45,908 nt of DNA from a virus, in the IMG/VR virus record IMGVR_UViG_3300017643_000011, positions 1-45,908 of that record, one strand, 5' to 3'. The notes under the pieces were generated by a model. The model was not told the DNA's origin, did not search any database, and saw nothing but the letters and a program-made list of their open reading frames with translations. Shown here in pieces: positions 41,201 to 45,908 of the stretch (positions within the stretch are counted from its first letter, which is position 1; the number at the start of each line of letters is the position of its first letter). The position numbers and the translations under genes were made by a program.

Positions 41201-43691
41201 CGCCGCCGAGCCTACCGAGCGCGTCGCAGTTGTTCGAGAACCACGTCTGCCATTGCTGCGCCACGTCGATGACGAGGACCATGGCCCCTCTGAGTTCGCT
41301 ACCTATCCACGCGACGGCGGGTACCACCGCGAGGTTGGTGAACCCCCTGAGGAACGACCCCGCCGCGTCGATTCCCGTGGAGAGCGTCAGGAACAGTTGG
41401 GTCACGGTGGCGAGGGCCAGCGTGAAGGTCTCGGGGACGTTGAACGCCACGAGGATGTTCCCCAGGATGGTGGTCGCCTGGATGCCGAATGCCGAGAACG
41501 CGGTAAGGCCCGCGAGGACGGCCCCGCCAAACGCACCTGCGATGTCGAGACCCTTGGCCTGAGCCGCTATCCTGTTGCAGACATCGGCGAACATCCCAAC
41601 GAGAGGCTGCATGATGGTGCCCGCTTTATCGACACCAGACATCATCTCGCTAAGGATGCCGTCCGTCATGTTCTGGGCCGCACCGAGGAAGTCGTAGGTG
41701 GGCAGGTCGAGGTCGAGGGCATCGAGGGCACCCGTGTCTATGCCAGCACCACCGACACCGCCCCCGGCTCCGCCACCAGAACCCCCACCACCGGAAGAAC
41801 CGGAAGATGCCGTCTCATAGGGGTCGTTCACGTGCAGCTCGTCAAGGCTGAGGGTGTAGTCTCGTATCTCCTTTATCTTCTTGGCCGCCGTGGCCGCACT
41901 GATGGCGAGTTGGTCGAAGCTCATGGTGAGACTCTTGACCGCAGCCGTCTCGCCGGAACCTCCGGTCGCAGCGACCCCGAGCACAGGTGCGGTCGCCGCC
42001 ATGAGGGGCGAGACCGCACTCATGAGCGGGGCACCCGCCGTCAGTGCGGGGCCAGCCGCCTTGGCCCCCATAGCGGCGGGAGCGGCCGCCTTGGCCTTGG
42101 GACCCGCCAACGAGGTCTTGGTACCCGACTTGTTGGACGAGTAGTTGATGCCCGCTATGACCTTGCCGCCCGTGATGGCGGCGAGTGCCGATGCGAGCTT
42201 CTCTATCACGCGCATGACGGCGATGGCGATGGGGACGATGGCCGTGAGGGCGGGGAGGAACGCCTCGCCCACGGCGCGTGCAGTGACCTCGAACTGGGCC
42301 TGGAGGATGCGGAGCTGGTTGGCCGGGGACGCGAGCGTGCGGCTCATGTCGCCCTGGACGAACGTGCACTGCGAGAGCATCTCCTTGTAGCGTAGGGTGG
42401 CCTTCTGGGCCTGGGTCATGGTATCGACGTTTTGGCTGATGCCCCACCCGAGGGCGTCCTCCTTGAGGCGAGCATCAGAGAGGTCGTAGCCGAGCTGGCG
42501 CAGGGGTCTGAGCTGTCCCGCGAGGCCCGCCTGGACCTTGGTGCTCGCGTCCTCGACGCTGATGTTGTAGTAGGAGGATATGTCGTAGGAGAGCTGGGTG
42601 AGCTGCTGGGACATCTCCTTGGCGCGGTCGGTGGCGATTCCCATGCCCTGCGCCATGGTGTCGTAGACGCCCTGGTTCCGCATCCAGTCCTGGACGTTGA
42701 TGCCCATGACGGACGCGACCCTCTCGGCGTAGGTCTGCGCGTTCGACGCGTAGGAGCCGAGGGCCACGTTGAAGATGTTCATGTCCTCGATGTAGCTGTT
42801 CACCTGGGTGACGCAGTACGACACGGCCTGCGACGCCTGCTGGAACGACGCCACCACGCCGGCGACGCCCGCGCCGATGCCGACGATCCTGCCGAGCGAC
42901 TCCGAGAGCGCGTTGCCCTCCGACGCCGCGCCGGACATGCTCCCCACGGAAGCCGACCTGAGCGCCCTCAGTCCCGACCCGACCGACTCCAGCTTGGTGG
43001 GGAGCGTGCCGAGCGCCGCCGAGAGCCGCTGGCAGTCGGACGCGAAGCTGGCGAAGTCGAGCGAGTGCAGCCCGGCGGCCGCCTCGGGCAGCTTCCTGAG
43101 GGCGTTGACGAGCGAGGTGATGTTGCTCTTCGGTATGGTGGAGAGCGAGCTGAGGGCGACGTTGAGCCTGTCGAACTGCGCGGTGTCGATGTCGACCGAG
43201 TTGAGTTCGGGGATGGCTTTGGCGATGCTTCTTATCTGGTTGGCGACGGACGAGGATATCTTGACGCCCGAGAGTCCCGAGACACCGCTGGCGATGGAAG
43301 CTATCGCGGCCCCCGCCTCGCCCATGCCCGCCGTGTCGAGGCCCGAGGTCGCGGCAGCTATCTTGGAGAGCTGAGAGCCGATGGACGAGGATACCTTGAG
43401 GCCGTTGAGACCGCTCAGGCCTTGGGCGAGTGCGGTGATGTTGTTGGCCGAGGACCCCAACGAGTTGGCGGCTTCGGCTATCGCATGGAGTTGGGTTCCT
43501 ACCGTGGGCGAGACCTTGGCGTCCTTGAGAGCGTTGATGTCCTTGGCGAACGCACTGAGGTCGGAAGTCCCGCCGCTCAACGCGCTCTTGAGAACACCCA
43601 CATCGGCCGCGAGAGCGCGAATGCTGCTCTGGGCAGCACTCGCGTCGCTCTCGACTTCGATTCTGAGTTCGTCTATGGTTCCCTCGGACAT
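38226..43691 (-). CDS. tape measure protein
   Basis: 1821 aa, Ala/Gly/Ser-rich with hydrophobic central segments and a poly-Gly tract. Six C-terminal repeats of about 45 aa. Follows the G/GT chaperones. Confidence 0.9.
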   Translation of the reverse strand: MSEGTIDELRIEVESDASAAQSSIRALAADVGVLKSALSGGTSDLSAFAKDINALKDAKVSPTVGTQLHAIAEAANSLGSSANNITALAQGLSGLNGLKVSSSIGSQLSKIAAATSGLDTAGMGEAGAAIASIASGVSGLSGVKISSSVANQIRSIAKAIPELNSVDIDTAQFDRLNVALSSLSTIPKSNITSLVNALRKLPEAAAGLHSLDFASFASDCQRLSAALGTLPTKLESVGSGLRALRSASVGSMSGAASEGNALSESLGRIVGIGAGVAGVVASFQQASQAVSYCVTQVNSYIEDMNIFNVALGSYASNAQTYAERVASVMGINVQDWMRNQGVYDTMAQGMGIATDRAKEMSQQLTQLSYDISSYYNISVEDASTKVQAGLAGQLRPLRQLGYDLSDARLKEDALGWGISQNVDTMTQAQKATLRYKEMLSQCTFVQGDMSRTLASPANQLRILQAQFEVTARAVGEAFLPALTAIVPIAIAVMRVIEKLASALAAITGGKVIAGINYSSNKSGTKTSLAGPKAKAAAPAAMGAKAAGPALTAGAPLMSAVSPLMAATAPVLGVAATGGSGETAAVKSLTMSFDQLAISAATAAKKIKEIRDYTLSLDELHVNDPYETASSGSSGGGGSGGGAGGGVGGAGIDTGALDALDLDLPTYDFLGAAQNMTDGILSEMMSGVDKAGTIMQPLVGMFADVCNRIAAQAKGLDIAGAFGGAVLAGLTAFSAFGIQATTILGNILVAFNVPETFTLALATVTQLFLTLSTGIDAAGSFLRGFTNLAVVPAVAWIGSELRGAMVLVIDVAQQWQTWFSNNCDALGRLGGALGQGTSLVLGFAAALATPILNAIAGTVEGISSAVMGLATMLVSLGQATPIVQGLGVVLGAYIVNQAVIAGVSLLGTAFELMGNRVLASSTTATAQAGSLGTALKGTLGEAFANTSAMARTFNSVVSGSRETMQSSVSETATFRTGLASLASNTARAAEAQMGFASHLGTLKAKLAAAKTQVHDFTESITSDTRATKANGEGLTLASRLREKYKTATQAAKDAEIAATAATGTSKASLKEQAGLLGTAAAQTVVATGTKGAYTIAQIAANVAETAGAAASSLLAAAMDAIPGMALVSILGALVPLLGNMVSGFVNWLATSTPLAPLFSGINSVLSALGITTSDTASDTQDATDATDANTQAAQEQADQLKQTTSSIEDYAKSHGWLKDAMDANGVSADDLAAKVGGDEDAFDDAAQAADDFATATVNDFGKIDESSQISVDEMVDSLNSNVAATADWSANLQTLMSETGLGAQSNFIKALEEGGPTKYSKTLRDLVADGNEDARAQIVADDKQIGTEGYQSFVDGVNNNGDTSDLTKAMAGLSTAAAKSTTLHDPDFRASGEASGTAYNDGLASTTDAGNKQGQAVQTATVQGMNGGAGYDAAKSAGRNLSGGYFDGITEAANENMGSMAAVRQTIIDSLNGGNGYNEALSAGKNLGGGFCDGIDTVGKRAVNEAASMMRKAVEGFNGGAGYKQANDAGRNMSGGYCDGIESYGSKVHATGSDLADTAVGGLGSRHGAAEDAGRNLGGGFGDGISDTRYTLANVGSDVAQQVVAGLGSKHWGAYDAGRNLAGGFGDGVGSMGLFWVGSDRGQDAVNGMGDHYWGAYDAGKNLDWGMVNGINAQSGAVYWAAHRVGERAVQGSHDGAQEGSPSKATFQQGKWFDMGMINGIDYMADDVATSAGSMAKGAITAANQSASFALRSGALSLGTPAVSVSSSSSQTFTFDQDRLFDTIERAMVSAIEKKSGVFTTELDGVDVGKRIDYAMKKAGEW

Positions 43692-43700
43692 GAGCTGCCC

Positions 43701-44117
43701 CTATCGTTCCTCGAACTGATGCGCGAAGTTCATAAGGGCTGCCGCCACCTGGCTATTCGCTACGCGGGCTTCCTCCTGCCGCTTGCTCTCCTTGGATTCC
43801 AGCGTTTCCTCCATGCCGAACGGTCTCTCCCGCCATGGTTCCGGACTGGTCTCCTCGGTGTGGAACGTGAGAACGGGGGCGCACCGAAGTATTGCCTCGT
43901 AGACATACGCACCGAGTCTCCATTGCTCGGCGTTGAGCCTCTCCTGGCGCAGCCTCTCCCGTTCGCGGTAGGCCGCCGCCAACCATGGGTCTCCCTCCCA
44001 GAACTCCTCGGGGGTCATGCCTATGAGGAGATAGGTGGGAAGAACGCTGTCGAAGATTCTCCCGTTGGATACGTCGGCGGGAAGCTCCTCGGCCGGCCCC
44101 TCTAGACCAGCCGCCAC
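43701..44117 (-). CDS. tail assembly chaperone, -1 frame extension (gpT-like; probably made as a G-T fusion)
   Basis: This ORF overlaps the end of the gpG-like ORF in the -1 frame, and that frame stays open upstream through the heptamer A-AAC-CCT. Confidence 0.6.
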   Translation of the reverse strand: MAAGLEGPAEELPADVSNGRIFDSVLPTYLLIGMTPEEFWEGDPWLAAAYRERERLRQERLNAEQWRLGAYVYEAILRCAPVLTFHTEETSPEPWRERPFGMEETLESKESKRQEEARVANSQVAAALMNFAHQFEER

Positions 44118-44464
44118 TTCATGCGGCTCGTCGCTTCCCCGGTAGGGTTTGCAATGAGGGCATTGGCGGGAACGCTGTAGAGCTTGACCAGCTCCATGAG
44201 AAGGTCCTGGGGGTCATCGAAGGTGGCCCATGCGTCGAGGCACTGCACGGGGGTCATCTTCGGCTGCTTCCACTTGAAGGCGTTGATGATGAGAATCTCC
44301 ATCATGGTGTTGGGCTTGGTGTCCAACTCACGGGCGTCGAAGCCCTGGCTCTCCATCGACTTCACGACGGCTCGGTTGAAGCCGAGGGTGTAGGCGGTCT
44401 TGCCGTCCACATCCTCGACTTCGATGAAGCTCTTGGTCTCGTCCATCAGTTTCAGTTCTGACAT
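44102..44464 (-). CDS. tail assembly chaperone (gpG-like)
   Basis: 120 aa, located between the major tail and tape measure genes. Confidence 0.7.
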   Translation of the reverse strand: MSELKLMDETKSFIEVEDVDGKTAYTLGFNRAVVKSMESQGFDARELDTKPNTMMEILIINAFKWKQPKMTPVQCLDAWATFDDPQDLLMELVKLYSVPANALIANPTGEATSRMKWRLV

Positions 44465-44504
44465 GCTTCCTCCTTGTTGGGTGACGCCGCTGGTCGAATG
44501 CCGA

Positions 44505-44978
44505 TTACTCGGTCACGAGGGCGGGTGCGTCTTCCTCGGCGAGGCCCACGGGGTCGAGGACGGCATCGATGGCCGGAGCGGTGCTGGCGGCGATGGAGAG
44601 GTCCATCTCAATGGGGTCGTTGACCTTTCCGCTCTTGAGGTAGACGGAAATCTCGCCACGGAACTTGAAGATGCCGTTGTGGCCATCGGGGGTTCCGGTC
44701 GGGGTCGCGCCCAGGACGACGGCCCACGACTGGTCGGTGCCCTCCAGGGCGACGACCTTGGCGTAGTCATCCTTGTCGAAGTTGGCGGTGAACGCGAGGG
44801 CGCTCATCTTCTGGATGCCCGCGAGGTTCTTCTGAACGTGGTCGCTGAGCGTGGTCACGTCGATGGTCTCGGGGGCACCGCCGAGGTCCGGGAAGGTCTT
44901 GATGTCGAGCAGCTTCTCGAACTTCTTGGTTGTGGCGTTGAGGTTCATGAGGAATGTATCGATGCTGGCGATAGCCAT
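44505..44978 (-). CDS. major tail protein
   Basis: 157 aa. Position and sequence style match TP901-1-type major tail proteins. Confidence 0.75.
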   Translation of the reverse strand: MAIASIDTFLMNLNATTKKFEKLLDIKTFPDLGGAPETIDVTTLSDHVQKNLAGIQKMSALAFTANFDKDDYAKVVALEGTDQSWAVVLGATPTGTPDGHNGIFKFRGEISVYLKSGKVNDPIEMDLSIAASTAPAIDAVLDPVGLAEEDAPALVTE

Positions 44979-45037
44979 AAAAGGCTCCTTTCGTGAGGTC
45001 CTTAGTGATAAGTTTGATGTCTGCGGGCATGACCGAG

Positions 45038-45047
45038 GTATCGGTCT
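45038..45047 (-). repeat. intergenic motif, copy 4 (GTATCGGTCT; local palindrome GACCGA-GGTA-TCGGTC)
   Basis: 10-nt match to the 17-mer core, in the gap between the tail-completion and major tail genes. Confidence 0.45.
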
Positions 45048-45050
45048 GAA

Positions 45051-45443
45051 TCAGGCCGAGGCCTCCCCGCGCGCGTTGATGCGTGCCCGCCAACGTGCGA
45101 CCATACGGAACGTCGAACCATCCGCCGCATTGGCGACACGCTGCATCATCTGTCGTGTGAAACCCATCCTCGATAGCGTCGAATCGACGTTCTTGAGGAT
45201 GGCCTTGCATTCCATGTATCCGGTCGAGCTGTACGCCTGGGCCTCGAACTGGTGCCACGTGAACACCTCGTGGTCACCGCTCACAGCGGTCTTGGTGTCG
45301 GGCGTCTGGTCAATCAGGACAATCTGGACGGCGGGCAGGGCCGGCTCTCCCGTGAGGTCATCGGCGGAGCATGTGATGCCGGGGAACGAGGCCTCAAGGC
45401 TTCTCACGGCAACGTCGTATATCTCGTACTCGAAGTCGTTCAT
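45051..45443 (-). CDS. tail completion / tail terminator protein (putative)
   Basis: ATG 45443 (MNDFEYEIYD...). 130 aa. Assignment by synteny. Confidence 0.45.
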   Translation of the reverse strand: MNDFEYEIYDVAVRSLEASFPGITCSADDLTGEPALPAVQIVLIDQTPDTKTAVSGDHEVFTWHQFEAQAYSSTGYMECKAILKNVDSTLSRMGFTRQMMQRVANAADGSTFRMVARWRARINARGEASA

Positions 45444-45908
45444 CGCCTGACCTCCCGTGCGACCGTCTCGGATAGCTGGCTGCGCATGAGCTGGCTCGCC
45501 TTGTACATGAATCCGCGCCCGTTCTGTCCTGTGGTCGTTCGCCAATCACCCGCCATGAGGGAGAAGAAGGGCCAGCCGTTCGCCCAGTCCTGGTGTCCCA
45601 GCGTTCTCGGACCGACCCCGAGCCTCGCGGCGTCGGGTCCGGCGTTCCCGAGTCCGGTGCCGAACTCCACGAACGCAGCCTCCCGCGAAGCGGCCACCAC
45701 GGCGGCGCCCCTCGCGGTCGGCACGGCGCGGATGGACGAACGAAGGCCACCGATGCCCACGGGGACCGTCTCTCGCGCATCCTCGGCGCCTGCCTTGGCG
45801 ACCTCCAAAGCCGCTTGTCTGGTCGCAGCACCCACGTGGAGGGCGTACTCGTTCAGTTGGTCTTGCAGACCCGCGAGGGAATCGGTTGATAGTTTGATAG
45901 TAAAGGTA
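45440..45908 (-). CDS. HK97 gp10-family head-tail joining protein (5' end continues across the circular junction; ATG at 130-132)
   Basis: 'REAAFVEFGTG' gp10-type motif. The reading frame runs through the window end, and the duplicated copy at 1-132 supplies 'MPTFTIKLSTDSLAGLQDQLNEYALHVGAATRQ'. Confidence 0.6.
   Translation of the reverse strand, partial: TFTIKLSTDSLAGLQDQLNEYALHVGAATRQAALEVAKAGAEDARETVPVGIGGLRSSIRAVPTARGAAVVAASREAAFVEFGTGLGNAGPDAARLGVGPRTLGHQDWANGWPFFSLMAGDWRTTTGQNGRGFMYKASQLMRSQLSETVAREVRR

Noticed and set aside
39450-44105. Two long plus-strand ORFs (39450-41105 and 42432-44105) antisense to the tape measure gene
   Set aside because: Same high-GC shadow effect. The tape measure frame is continuous for 1821 codons and fits its position in the tail module.

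Overview
The first 127 nt are identical to the last 127 nt, so the window closes into a circle of about 45.78 kb unique sequence. It is a complete, circularly permuted genome of a temperate, high-GC, siphovirus-type phage. The lysis genes suggest a Gram-positive, Actinomycetota-like host, but that is inference. Almost all genes are on the minus strand. In transcription order they run: Cro-like HTH (25782), then a replication/recombination module: SNF2 helicase, family-B polymerase fused in frame to an Erf-type annealase, YqaJ exonuclease, SSB-like protein, VRR-NUC, AEP primase-polymerase, many small Zn-ribbon proteins, a Lar-like/EF-Ts-N fusion, DUF3310-like protein and SF3 helicase. Next come terS, a roughly 5 kb accessory block, then terL, portal, scaffold, capsid and connectors (crossing the window ends), then major tail, G/GT chaperones, tape measure, Dit/Tal-like proteins and fibre. 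The lysis genes follow: XhlA-like protein, holin, CHAP endolysin and a papain-like peptidase. Plus-strand content is a CI-like HTH, a tyrosine integrase with an attP carrying the 3' part of a long-variable-arm tRNA, and two visibly AT-richer islands (GC judged by eye, not computed). Island 1 (27.9-31.1 kb, next to int) holds an AbiH-family gene plus two single-pass membrane proteins of unknown function. Island 2 (about 7.7-10.6 kb, wedged between terS and terL) is an operon of six unknown proteins plus a 23-codon hydrophobic ORF, controlled from a repeat-rich divergent operator region. Its neighbours are an HTH / Zn-ribbon / small serine recombinase operon and a lipoprotein gene. I consider these two islands the best candidates for an undescribed accessory (defence or counter-defence) system. 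Other notable signals are listed here.
- A phased 11-bp repeat array inside terS, read in two reading frames, is a candidate pac site.
- A 17-nt hairpin motif recurs in late-operon intergenic gaps.
- The PolB-Erf fusion carries an internal SD+ATG.
All family assignments rest on motifs recognised by eye. No searches were run.
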